From Epiperipatus broadwayi (lineage: Eukaryota > Animalia > Onychophora), in the NCBI GenBank assembly GCA_028023455.1, contig JAQFVV010000004.1:15252001-15316000 (forward strand): 64,000 nucleotides of DNA, read 5' to 3'. Position numbers and translations under genes: made by a program. Under the pieces are notes generated by a model, which was not told the DNA's origin, did not search any database, and worked only from the letters and a program-made list of their open reading frames with translations. Numbering within the stretch: position 1 is the first letter of the stretch; every line of letters begins with the position of its first letter. Below, in pieces: positions 14,301 through 27,022 of this stretch.

Positions 14301-15149
14301 ATTTTTCAAAGTTCATTTTGATAATTTGATTAATAGTACATAAACTCATACATTCAACTTCCCTACACTGGTATTTTATCTGGTTAAACTTAATTAATTA
14401 ACAAGTTGAATGAATAAATATACAAATTTATTCAATATTCAAATAACTTGAAGATAATTTAATGTAATTGTGACTTTTGTTATCATTCATTCAATCAGGT
14501 GAAAACTTTAAACTAATAATATAATATCTGATAGTGCATAAACTTTAAAAATACTCTATTATAAAATTCATTATCTTCTCTCCCCTGTGCCCTTATATTT
14601 TTTGTTCACTTTTTTAGTTTAATTATTGTGGCACATCAACATCTTTAATTGCAAGAATTTTCAACTTTTTCTATTTTTAATGATTATTTTAAAAATCATA
14701 CATTGGATTATATTTTATTTCAAATTAAAAAGTCAAGTGGGTGGAAATGCTTCTATTCCAGGTATAATAGCAACAATAACAACAACAAATCGTTAAATTT
14801 ATTATTGTATAGCATTTCAAAATAATTTATAATTTAAATCAGTTTTTTATTATATTGTTATTCACAAAAGAATAGTTAAAAGATATTTTATCTCTGGCTT
14901 TTGTTCATTTTAAAATAAAATTTGTTTCTAGTTATTAAATTTGAAAATATTCTACATAATGAATAAAATTTTAAAGTAAATATAAAAAATTTTAATTTAT
15001 TTTTTACTATGAAATGGAAATCTTATCATTTTTTGGAAAGATTTATTATAAATGATTTGAATATTTATTTTGTTTTATTCCCAATTATGATTGTGGCTTT
15101 TTATAAAATAATTTATTGTAAAAAGTTTTCATTGAACTTTAATTCAGGG

Positions 15150-15400
15150 TTGCTTGATGGTCAAGAGGTATCTTTGTGTACGCTAAATTCCAGAGCCAGT
15201 CTGATGGCAGTTAGATAGCACAAGATCTTGAATTTATCAAGGCTCTGTTTGGGCCTTCACAATCTACATTTTTTGTGAAAATCAAAAAGTAAAACATCAT
15301 ATGCAAAATGAAACTACATTTTATTTTTTTGTCAAAAACTCCGTAATTTGTAGGCCTTACAATGAATACCATATCGAAGTAATAAAATTGTAGAAGCACT
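15150..15400 (-). mobile_element. Degenerate non-LTR retrotransposon RT fragment
   Basis: Minus-strand translation ..HFAYDVLLFDF...LDKFKILCYLTAIRLALEFSVHK resembles the (Y/F)ADD motif and the following helix. Contains stops. Confidence 0.4.
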
Positions 15401-17249
15401 GATTATGCAATAATATAAATTTTCAGTTACATTATATAGCTAAATGTTTTGCAACATTCTGATCATGTTAACATGAAATCAGTTTAAGTCAAAAACATTT
15501 CTCTTTGTTAGCATTGTTATGTATTGAATCAAAATTTCTCAAAAAAAAGAAAATTAATTACGTTGATCTTATTAACAGATTTGCAATAAAACATTGAAGA
15601 AAATAAAATATATTTCTTTGCATTATATGTATTTTATTTTGTTTCTCAAATATTGACTCAAAATCATATTCATAATAAATAAATAATTATTTATATACAT
15701 TATAAATAACTAATTTTTGTAATTTTAATATATCTACATTTGCAAATAAGATAATTTTTTTTTTAAATATCTGTTTTCTATCATGTAATAAAAAAAACCT
15801 TCCCCTTTCCATGAAATAAAATTAGTTAATTAAACCAAAATGAATTCCATATAAATTTGTTAACAAAAGATATAGTAGAATGTTAAAAAATTATAATTAT
15901 TTACACTTTTAACTTTTTATTTTTATATTAACTCTCCTAACTTTTGTTTGTTGCAATGTGATAAATAATGATTAGCTTTAACTAGGTCGATTTTAACAAA
16001 CATATTTAATTAAAAATATGTTTGTTTTTGTTTATTTTGTTTCATTTATTTCTCATGCATAACATGCTATGTTTTGTATTAGCAAAGTTAGCTTCCTAAA
16101 TATTTATTTAGTAATAGCATATTTATACTATCTATGGGTCTTAAGGATTTACATTGCATTTATATAAGGGAAGACATTTTCATACTTACATTGTTTATTC
16201 AATAAATTTTTAGAAGCCATTACCATGCCTTGCATTTTCTTTTGTTTAATGATAGTTTATAATAAAATAATATCAAACAATTGATTTCTTCCACTAGAAT
16301 AGATAAAGAATTTTGTAGGCACTTTCTCAATTGAGTGGTTCCAAGTAATATTGTATGGTTGTTATAAACTAACAGAATGGAATTAAATGATAATATTATT
16401 TTAATGAAATGCACACAATAATATCTTTTTAAATAATTGTTTTTTATTCTGTTTTCCTTAGATGTCCAAATATATGATGGTCTAACATCACATATTTCGA
16501 TAATATTATGGATGTATTGTGAATTTTAGTTAAATAACAAATTCCAGGAACAGATCAGAAAACAATTTCATGGTAGACCAGAAACCAATAAAAAACATTA
16601 GTAAAACATGCAAAAAAAATTATATTAGTATTTAAAATATTTTTTAAAAAGTATAAAATTGCACTGAAATCAATCTCCAAATCGCATTATTTACGGGCTG
16701 CTACTCTAACCCTACAGATATATTGAACACATGATACAAGAGTTTATAAAATATGACAGATAAACCAAATTGCCTATTATGCATGATTATTATGTGTAGC
16801 CCAAGGCTAGAGTGTATAATATTTAATATATTTCAAACAATTATCACAAGACTGCATAAAAAGGTAATTTTATTTTTAAAGAAAAAATATGTGCAATCAG
16901 AACATAGTTCATACAATAGTGTGATTTGTAAATCTAAGCATTTTTATTATATATATAAATTTTATTAATTATTGTTGTGATTTGATGAAATAACTTTGTT
17001 TCCCCACTCAACTTGCATGCCCATACAAGACAGTCCTGCTTTAATTAGTAAAATTATTATTGTTACAGCAACCACTCACAAATGATTATTCCCATTGCAA
17101 TTATCAAAAATGACATAACAATAAAAAAAACTTTAAAGTTAAGTTTTGCAATCGCTATACAAATCTATCTGTAACCAGAAATATATCAGCTTACTGAATA
17201 TGATGATATTTACTTTCCTATTTATTTAATACACTATAATTCTATTTTT

Positions 17250-19080
17250 TTTATTCTTCTACAAAAATCTTTTATTTCTCAAATACTTCAATCACATGTC
17301 TAATTATATCTTGCCAATATATTATATTCTCTTGCATGTCTTTCCAGTGAAGACAGTCAATACTGCACTTCTTTAGACTGTTTTTGTGATAATCCTTATA
17401 ACATAGATAGGGCATATCTTTCCCATGAAACTATGCTCAAGTTTACCATAGAACTTCCCTTTAGGAAATCCTACCTTTTTCATTTCTTTTACATGCCTAA
17501 TTCAATGAAGGTGTGATTTTATAATAGTGGATTCTTTAATATCACCTTTAACAAGTTAGAAAATATACTGATAGATGTTTTGATCATGCCATTGTATTTT
17601 TAAAATTTTAAAGCAATTTTTAATAAAACATTTGTAATGTATTTATGTTGTGTTGATAGAGTGCCAAAGTCTTACTTTTGTACAATAAATTAATTAAAGT
17701 AACAATTCTATATACAAGCAATTTAGTTGCAATAGTTATATCCTTATGATAAAATACCCTATCTTTTAATTTATTAAAAGCATTCTCCTCAACATCTAAT
17801 ACCATGTTTCTTATTATAAAATTATCAAGATATTTAAGCTGTTTTACATTGTTATGTTGATCATTCAAGGAAAATGTTGCTGAATATTTTTTTCCATCAC
17901 TGGTTGATAAAGAATTTGAGTGTTTTTTTTAAAACATTAATTATTAAATCAATGTCTTTAGTATTCAAAACATTAATTACATTGGATAGACCATCTTTGA
18001 ACTGGCAAAAATTGCACAATCATCAGCATATAATAAATTCAGAATGCAAGAAGCTACTGTTCTTCTTTTCACTTCTGTGAATTTTTAAAATTAAAAATTC
18101 CATCATTAAATGTGTATCATATCTTGATTCCTGTTTCATTAAACTGGGTTTAAGCAGTTACAAAGCTCATTAAATTCCATCATTAAATGTGAATCATGTA
18201 TTGATTGATTCCTGCTTTATTAAACTGTGTGTAAGCATTTCCAAAAATCATGGTCATAAAAATCAAATATAATGTTGGAGCTAATACACATTCTCATTTA
18301 ACACCAATTTTCATTTCAAATACCTGACTTTTTTACCTGTAGTAATAATATTTCTTTTCATTTCAACATTGGTGATTCTTAAAACAGACAAAACTCTCCA
18401 TACAGTAGTGCCACTCAGTGCAAGCCAGAGTAATCAATGGATTCCAGAAAGCTTGTGCATAAAATCTTTATCTAGTGCCCATGCATCCACAATATCCCCA
18501 GACTAGTTTCTGTTTTGTGGCCTTCATTAATGAGGAGTCTTGGATCTAAGAGGACTGCACCTAAATCTTAGGATCTAATGCAATCCTCCAGCAGCCACCT
18601 TTTATCTCTACTTAACTACAAAACTATGAGAATAAAATTTGACAACACAATAATATTTTCAATCTAAACTCATTAGCTTATATACTCATATAGGTCTGAA
18701 CTCAGTTCAGTACCCATACATTTTGGTGTCTTTGGTTTTTAATAACCATAGTCACCACTATCCTATTAGACAGGATTGGTATTAAACCACTAAACATCAC
18801 ATGATCACCATTTCTTAGGCTTGCTCATAACTGTTTGATGCCATAGACCAGTTTGATTAATTGAATCAAATATCTTGATCGAATCAATACTCTTTTGTTT
18901 TCAACATTTTTTTTGGATTTGTCTGACAATTCTCTAAAATCACATTGAATCTCTGGAAACCATTCATCTATGGTTTAACAATTATTTTTTAACAAAATTG
19001 TTAAAAATCGTTTTGCCGTAGAGGAAAATAATGATATTTCATACTACAAGCTTGTATATTTTGTTTTTTCAAAAAATTCT
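17250..19080 (-). mobile_element. RTE-clade LINE RT remnant, interrupted by a family A copy
   Basis: IDSIKIFDSINQTGLW (~18845-18890; cf. IDLTKAFD..N..LW), LLYADDCA (18013-18036) and KQLKYLD...NAFNKLKDRVF..ITIATKLLVYR..LLY (ORF 17620-17868). Confidence 0.85.
18380..18835 (-). mobile_element. Family A single full-length unit with degenerate HHR
   Basis: Reverse complement of the 478-935 unit. Core is TTAATGA (18524-18530) and stem II is disrupted, while GAAACTAGTC is retained. Confidence 0.85.
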
Positions 19081-19099
19081 AACAATAGAAAAATGCAGT

Positions 19100-20045
19100 T
19101 TTTTTTATTTTTTTAAGATCATATCTTTCTACTTATAAAACTACCAATATATTTAAATTGTTTTGCATTCTTAAGATGATAACCATCTAATCTGAAAATT
19201 ACTGAGAATTTTTCGTCTATCACTGGCTTATAAATAATTTGAGTTTTTAGAACATTAATTATAAATTTATTTAAATGCACATTGATTATGTAAGTAATAT
19301 TTACTAAGGCTGTAACCTCAAGAATATGCATGTAAAAATGCAATATTAGAGACCTTTACAAGTCTTAACCACAAGCTTACACCCCTCTTTTCTTCCAAAG
19401 CATAAGCTTGTGGTTAAGACCTTAGAGGTCCCTAATATCGCATTTTTACACCCATTTTCTTGAGGCTACAGCCTTAGTAAATATTACTGAACATTAATTA
19501 ATAAATCAAGATCTTTATGTGCTGCATTTTAACTTTTAAAAACATCTGTAAATTGTTCTTTGAACTGGAAAAAATAGCATAATCATCAAAGATGAAGTTC
19601 TTTTTGCTTTTAACTGATTCAAATTAAAAATTTCCTTCATCATAGATGAGTTATACATTGATCCCTGTGTGATTAAATTGTCTATAAATATTTCCAAAGA
19701 CTATTGTCATAAAAATTGAAAACACATCTTTGTTTAACATTAGTTTTCATTACATTTGCCGCAGATTTTCTACCAGTAGTAATAATACTTCTTCTCATTC
19801 TGTAATAGGACTAAATTTTGGTAGATAACTAACTAATTTCAAACAATGTCATAGACCTGTTGAATTAATTGAATCAATGCCTTGATTAAATCAATAAAAG
19901 CAATATATAAAATCATTTTTGTTCATGCACCAACAAAAATCATATCTATAGTGCTTTTTTGAATCCCTAAAACAGTCTCTGTTATTCATCTATAACTTGA
20001 AATCAGTCAAAATTTCTTGAAAAGTTTTTTTGCTGTAGTGGATAA
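19100..20045 (-). mobile_element. Second RTE-clade LINE RT remnant
   Basis: 19850-20040 is homologous to 18842-19060. Downstream on the minus strand it reads ..KNAKQFKYIGSFIS (ORF 19119-19343). Confidence 0.7.
19262..19488. mobile_element. Short palindromic insertion (family D)
   Basis: 12-bp TSD gaacattaatta at 19250-19261 and 19489-19500. Inverted arms at ~19293-19378 and ~19404-19488. Confidence 0.65.
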
Positions 20046-20297
20046 TAATGATATTCCATGAGAATTATAGCAATATTGAATAGAGAAGAAAAGGTGCAAA
20101 GAAGAAAATTTAAGAAGCTTTTCATTTGGCAATGGCAAATAATACTATAAGTCAATCCAGCATGGCAATACACAATGTATGGAAGCCTCTAATTAATTGT
20201 GTTCTTAGAAAACAGTAATAAAAAAACTGAAGGACCTGAGAGGATTTGAACCAACTCTCATATATAAATATATGAAATTTCTACTATCTTTTGCTTT

Positions 20298-20390
20298 GAC
20301 AGAATAACTCAGTTGGTTAGAGCGCTTGCCTTAAATTTCAATATTCAAAAATCTAAAGGTGTAATTTCATCTCCTATGCTAGTATTGTCA
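20298..20390 (+). other. tRNA-like module inside the PLE repeat (second copy 22219-22311)
   Basis: gacagaata(a/g)ctcagttggttagagcg gives a D-arm/A box. The second copy has T-loop-like gtaagttgaactcc. The 3' ta(t/c)tgtca pairs with the 5' gaca. Too decayed to be a functional tRNA gene. Confidence 0.55.
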
Positions 20391-22439
20391 TTTGTCAGAC
20401 GAGCAGCACCTGAAGAAGAGTGGATAATAATAATACTCAAGACATTGTTTAATTCCTAGCCTGTGTAGTCTATTTGTGTTATTACTAACAAGTTGTTTGT
20501 ATTTGAAAAGTTTAGATAAAGTTTAAAATTGTCTATACATTCGACATTTACTGATCGATGATGGAAATAGTGTATCACATTATCACATCTAATATATCAT
20601 CATCACAAATCTTCAGTCACTCGGTATGGATCCAATGCTATGTTGAAGTTGGTTAAAGTAGAAAATCATCTAACTTTCTTATGCAAATGTAAATCAGAAG
20701 GGATTATTCTTAAGGGTTTACAAGTAAAACTTTCTATTTCTTCCAAGAGAGCTAAACTTATTCAGAGAGCAACTGAGGCATTACTGAGAAAAAGGAAAAA
20801 TGTTCAATGGTTTTTCAAGAATCAATCTTTGCATTTCATTAGAAATGTGGAATGTTTTCCAAAAAATAAACTCACAGATGAAGATTTCTCAAGAGTTTGT
20901 CAAGCAGTGAAAATATATTGTAAATTGTATGGAAGGATAAAAGAATGTCAGAAGTCGTTTGTAAATTTACATGGACAAGTCAAAAGTTCTTACTGCAACT
21001 AGCAATCTATCAGTTTCATCAGTGAAAAATCTTAGTTCTAAACACCTTACTGATGCTGAATTATCTGTTTTTGGAAAATGTTTGATCTTTGCCATTACAA
21101 CATCTACTGTCCCATTATTGGATATAATGTCAGCCACTTTAGAAGTTACACAAAAAGCATCATAATTATACTTGAGAGTTAAAAGGACACTTGAAAGATA
21201 TTAAAAGGAGAAATCAAACATTTTATGTGATGAGAGGAAAGCTATTAAATTTCTCAAACAGGATACATCTATAATCATTCATCCTACTAACAAAGGTAAC
21301 ACTACAGTTACAGATTATGCAACAAAATACAAGGACTTTTCACAGTAGGTCAATACAAAAATGTTGCAAAATATCCAATTCCATGTATTATGAGCATTTC
21401 TCCAGAAGCATTGCATGTATTTCATTGACTCGGTAAAAAGGAAATTAACTTTGTATTTCAGCAAGATTGTCACCTATATGGACTACCTAAAATCCATAAG
21501 TGCTCCATTAAGGCCTGTTGTTAGTTTTAGAAATTCACTATGTCAAAGTTTGTTGAGATTTCTTCTCAATATTGTCAGTCCATTGGCATAGAAGACATCA
21601 TCAGAAATTCTAAGTACTTTGTAGAATTAATCAGGGACATGAAAATGGGAAGAACTGACATATTCATAAGTTTTGACATGGAAAGTCTATTTACAAATGT
21701 CCCATTTGATGAGGCATTGTCTATTGTAAGGAAAAGGAATGGCAGACAAGTTTAAAGAAAATCTGAAGCTTTTCAATTTGAGGAATTCTAACTTCTACCA
21801 AACCTAAACTGGAAATGCTGAAGAAAAAAAAACTTTATCTATGAAATATAATGTGAATTTTGTGAGACCTGTTTGCCTTGTTGAACAGTGATTGAAAGAA
21901 CACAAATTAATTATTAAATGAGAAAAAAACATGTGTCTACAATAGCAGACCATGTATGTACTAATGACCATATGTTCATTTGGTAAAGTACTAAAATATT
22001 GGATAGAGAGGAAAATATGCAAAAAAAGAAAATTCAAGGAAGCTGCTCATATGATAATGGCAAATAATCCTATAATTCAACCCAGTGTGGAAATACACAG
22101 TAGTATATGGAAGCCTCTAATTAATGTTGCTTTTAGAAAAAGTATTCAAGAATAACCTAGGAGGATTTGAACCAATCCTCATATAGAAATATATGAAATC
22201 TCTACTATCTGTTCCTTTGACAGAATAGCTCAGTTGGTTAAAGTGCTTGAATTAAATTTCAATATTCAAGAATATAAAAATGTAAGTTGAACTCCTATGG
22301 TAATACTGTCACTGTTCAGGCCAGCAACATTTGAAGAAGAGTGGAGAATAATATTACTAAAAATGTTATGCAATTACTAGCCTCTGTTGTAATAATCGAT
22401 GAAACACATATGATATGCAAGTTGCAGAAGCTATATGCC

Positions 22440-23180
22440 TAAAAAATATTAATCACTCAGTTAAGGCTGAGCGCTTTCAAGATTCCGTGCTTCATAATCA
22501 TAGCCATATACCGAACTGTGGTATTGTTTGTATTAGACTTACTAAATGTAAATTAGATGCAAATGAGCTAGGTTGACCATTTTTTAGAAATATCAAAGCA
22601 GATGTCATGTCTGTTTGTTGCATTCTTGCTGGGGTTGATAAAATATGCCTCTTATTTTTCTTTTACAGTACTTTGTTTCTATACATATAGTTTTGGAGTT
22701 GGAGGGAACGAAGTCATTGCCAGTCTTTTTTAGATGTTCAAGAAATGTAGAAGTTGTCATTGTTCTTCTGTGTCCTTTTATATGTGTGCATGTGTTGAGC
22801 GGCTCTATTGTTAATTGTGTCTTCGTGTCCCCATAATATATGGTCTGGCATCTGCGCTAAGGGCAGGCCATGCTATAAATGACCTGAAGTGTTTGGGTGA
22901 GGTCAATTTTATCCTTTGCATTGTTAATGTCTGTTAGTATTGGCAGGTGCCCGGAAATCTATTGTAAATTTGCATGATAACGTTTTAATTTGTCAATTTG
23001 ACAGTTTAGCGATATAAGGAAGGGTAATATGGGGAAGTTTTTTCCTTTGGTCATTATTTGCTGTTTTTCTATAAAATTGTTGAAACCTGCTTTTAGTAAA
23101 TCTTTAATATAACTATTAATGTTGTCTTTTTTGTCCGCCTCAAATTTACATAAATAGAAATTTCTAAACAGGTGCATTAC
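22440..23180 (-). mobile_element. 3' fragment of a second Penelope-like element (GIY-YIG region) nested in the first element's 3' repeat
   Basis: Minus strand reads KDKIDLTQTLQVIYSMACP..CQTIYYGDTKTQL...STFLEHLKKTGNDF..KTICIETKYCKRKI. The interrupted repeat of the host element resumes at ~23180. Confidence 0.75.
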
Positions 23181-23939
23181 TATCAACAAGTTGTTTGTAT
23201 TTAAAAAAGTTTAAATAGAGTTTGAAATTTTCTATACATTCAACATTTACTGATAAATTTTAGAAATAGTCCAAAATTTCACATCTTGTCTATTCCCTTT
23301 GTTTTTAAAAATTGGGACAATTAAAGTATCCTTAAGGTCGCATGGCACAACTTCATGGGTCCAAATATTCCCTTTTCAAAGTATTAATCAGAATCTGCAG
23401 CCTTTCCATTTTAAAATGAGCTCTTTTGATTTCATTAATCTGAATATCTTTGTCCAAATTTAAATGAGTATATAAAATGGATATATCATTAAAAGTAATT
23501 ATATCAGTTCTTATATTATTATTTTAAATATGATCAAAATACTCTTTCCACCTATTTAAAATATCACTGTCATTGTATAAGGGAGGTTCATTTCTGGATC
23601 TGATAGAACTGTGATATCATTTCTCACGTCTATGTGTTGCTTTCAAGGCATCAAAAAACATTTAGATTGACCAGATCAGTGAATATCTGTATCTTTATTG
23701 CAGTTTTAGTCCATCAATAATTTTTAAGATCTTTTGTTAGCTGTTGAACTTTTGACTTCAGATTTTTATATTTATTATGCAGCTCCACATTTAATATATT
23801 ATTATTCTTAGCTGAGCAAAACCCATGTTTATTTTAATTAAATCACTAGTAACATGACCATTGTCAGTAAAACAGTCATGATTTTTCTTTTTAGTGAACC
23901 CTCCTTAAAATAATTCCATGCTTCAGTAATATGACACTT

Positions 23940-24345
23940 AAGCCACTAAGCATCACGTGACTACCACTTTTTATGCTTGTGTATAACTGTTGTTAAAACA
24001 GGCAAAACTCATTATACGTATTGCCACAGACAGCAAGCTAGAATAATCAATGGTTGCCAGAAGGCTGTTGCATAAAATCCTCATCTAGTGCCTACTCATC
24101 CAATATCCCCAGACTAGTTTCTGGCTTGTGGCCTTCTTCAGTGAGCTTGCTTGGATCTGAGAGCACTGCACCTATGTCTTAGATGCAGTGCTCTCAGATC
24201 CAAGGCTACTCACAAGCCAGAAACTAGTCTGGGGATATTGGACGAGTAGGCATTAGATGGGGATTTTATGCACAAGCCTTCTGGCATCCATTGATTACTC
24301 TAGCTTGCTGTCTGTGGCAATATGTATAGTGAGTTTTGCCTATTT
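23940..24345. mobile_element. Family A head-to-head palindromic pair
   Basis: 13-bp TSD taatatgacactt at 23927-23939 and 24346-24358. The minus arm has an intact core. The plus arm has lost the CTGATGA core by deletion. Confidence 0.88.
24098..24156 (-). ncRNA. Type I hammerhead ribozyme (family A), intact core
   Basis: Reverse complement reads ATCCAA-gcaag-CTCA-CTGAAGA-A-GGC-cacaa-GCC-A-GAAA-CTAG-TC|TGGGGA-ta-TTGGAT. Confidence 0.7.
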
Positions 24346-24479
24346 TAATATGACACTTCTAAAAATCCAAATTAATATTTTAGTGTTTAATAGCTTTTGT
24401 TATTTAGTATATAGATTCTTTTAAAAAATAAATATCAATTTTCATGTGAATATGATAGAGGAATAATATCTACTTTTTA

Positions 24480-25480
24480 ATGCAATTATCATTTTTAACT
24501 TGGTCTGTACTAATCTATGATTATGCTAACAATCTGAGCTTGTAAGTGCTCATGTAATGTGGACTTCTCTTGTATTATGGTCCTAACAATAATGTGATCT
24601 ATTAAATGTCATTGTTTGAGCATTGATCATCTATGTTCCTTCTGCATAAACAAAGTATTTGTGGCAATCAATGCATGTGTTTTGCATTAATTCAATAATA
24701 ACAAAACGTTTGAATTTATATCCCCAAATCCTCTATTTCTAATAATTTTTAGACAAAGTCTATTATTTGTCTAACACATGCATTAAAATCATCAAGAATA
24801 AAAATTTCATCTTTTAATGGTATCACTGTAATAAAGTTATTCATCAAGAAATAAAACATTTCTTTCTTGATTTCTCTGAATCTAAAGTTGGAGTATAGGC
24901 ACTGATAAAATGGGCTCACAAGGCAAATTTTAAGATCATTAACCTTTCATTGATACAATGAAGAAGTCCATTAATAAAAGATACTAAGTTAAATTTTACA
25001 GCAAGTCCAATACTATGCATTCTTCTTTCACTGACTGACCTGCCTTCCCAAAAAAATTTGATTCCAATCAGATTTCTAATAAACTTACTTTCTCTGGGAG
25101 ATGAGTTTTGCTAAGAGCACCTATGTCAATTTTAAATCCTGATGGTTCTTTATTCACAAGTACAGCCCTTCATTCTGGTCTTGAAGAATTTGTATCAAGT
25201 AAAGTTTACACATTCCATATATCTATATTTAGAAAAAGATTAGATTAATATTTATGATGCTTATCTTTAGCTCTATCACTTGCCATTTACTACACCACTA
25301 CTACTACTATTCTTATTATTTCTAAATTGAAATGAGTAATCCACAAGGTGCATGCTACTTTTATCCACATTTTCTATACCCTTCCACTTCTGTGGTAGTC
25401 AGGGAGATCCCTAAGTAGGGTTGCTAAACATAGAATCTTTGTCAGTTGAAACTCCTACCTCAAATGCAGTTCCAAAATGA
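24480..25480 (-). mobile_element. RTE-clade LINE 5' part (APE endonuclease), decayed
   Basis: Minus strand reads WNV*TLLDTNSSRPE*RAVLV..IDIGALSKTHL..FFWEG..RRMHSIGLAV..INERLM..ISAYTPTLD..IFILDDFNA. Confidence 0.85.
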
Positions 25481-27022
25481 TTTATTACTGATTGCATTAC
25501 CTTAAGCAAAGATCAGAACTAAGGATTGTCATCCTATTAAGTCTGACCCATCTTGCTTTCATAATTTTCAAGGTTTTAAGTTATAAAAAAAGAAATATTG
25601 GAATCAGAAATGCTATATGTTTAATTAAAGAGTGGAAATGTTGCAATTGCCCATACCTCTTTGTATTTTCTTTTCCAAATTATTCTAAATGTCTGCCTCA
25701 TCTGTATTCAATCTTTTGTGTTCCATTGTCTGAAAATGGAATATCTAATTGCCTTATTTCCATATTGTACCTTTGTTTACATATTACATGATGTCAATTA
25801 TATATGCACACCTGTACTGCATAACTTTATTCAGCACCAAGATTCTGGTAGTGTTTTGCTGAAAGCTGGCTGTGTGTTTTTAATTAGTTTATGTTTATTA
25901 TACCTTCTCATCAGAACGGTGAACTCAATGAGTGCTTAAAAATTATATAATTTTATGAAAAGAGTTAAATTAATACTTTCAGACTTATATAGATAGATAA
26001 AAAATTATCATAACTGTCAACATGGGCAAGGACTTCAGGTGTTCTCATCTTAAAAATACTGCAGATATATTATTCAGTAAGACTTCCAAGTATATATTTG
26101 AGCTAGGAGTAATATCTAGCCTAATAAATGATTAGTAAAATTTTTAATATACCTTCATTAAGTCGTTTGTATTTAAATTGTGAGAAAATTTGAAACCTGT
26201 CAATAAGCTATAGTAATTTGTTATCTATATGTATATACTGATTAATAATGGAGATATATGTAAGAGATTGGGATCTGGGCCAACTGATGAGTGCTGGTTT
26301 GGCATCATCTTGGGGATCATTTATCTTTTTTCACACGTCTTGGGTCATGTTACAGTAATGTGTGATAAAATGGAAGTTTAAAATCTATATATATATGAAG
26401 TTAAGTTTAAGTATCTAAAATGATTTGTAAATGAAGTTAAAGTGTAATGTGTTATATGTCTTAGTTGAAAAGGTGTATGTTTTTCACGTGTCTATGGTGT
26501 GGGAGGCTGGTCTATCTTTAGTGCTGATGGGTAATTGTGATAGGATTGAGCTAAAGGTGAATGGTGTAGTGATAAAATCGAAAACAATATATATTAATAT
26601 TTTGATACACATACATATATATATAAAGATTTAAACATTAAAAATAATATAATAATAATGAATTTCAGTGAAAATAAATAGTAAGAGGTAAAAATCACAC
26701 ATAATAAAAAGCTATACAACAATATCAGTTAACAATATTGGAATAGAAAAAAATCATGGTTTACATTAAGTAAGAAGAAGTAAAGAATTAGTGAAGACAT
26801 TATTGATTAAATAATGTGTGCATATGTCTATAAATATATTTATTAGAATGAAATTTTTAAGATATGAATTGTTTTCAGATATTTCTATGTATCGGGGGCA
26901 GCCAACCCCATACCCGAAATTGATCTTCTAAATGCCCATAACATGATTATTTAAAAAGTACATTTTAAACAACAATTCTTAATATTTTTTTAAATGTGTA
27001 AGGGGTAATTAAAAATGAAATA

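Larger units (their letters stand above)
20050..23270 (+). mobile_element. Penelope-like element (RT + GIY-YIG) with direct pseudo-LTRs, decayed
   Basis: NHLTFLCKCKSEGIILKGLQVK (20640-), VKNLSSKHLTDAELSVFGK, IIIHPTNKGNT, ISFDMESLFTNVPFDEAL, and GIY-YIG tail KRKFKEAAHM...IWKPLI. Repeats at ~20050-20570 and ~21990-22400 + 23180-23270. HHR remnant CTGAAGAAGAGT...ACTC at 20410. Confidence 0.9.

Noticed and set aside
18842-20060. ~200-bp direct repeats at 18842 and 19850 as possible LTRs
   Set aside because: Both translate to the same RTE RT motif region, so they are two LINE copies rather than LTRs.
20298-20390. Functional tRNA gene
   Set aside because: The anticodon and T arms are decayed, and it is duplicated as part of a TE repeat.
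26284-26320. CTGATGAGTGC...GCAT as a possible hammerhead
   Set aside because: There is no GAAA after the putative stem II and no stem III or cleavage triplet. It is part of a dispersed repeat also seen inverted near 32955-33030.
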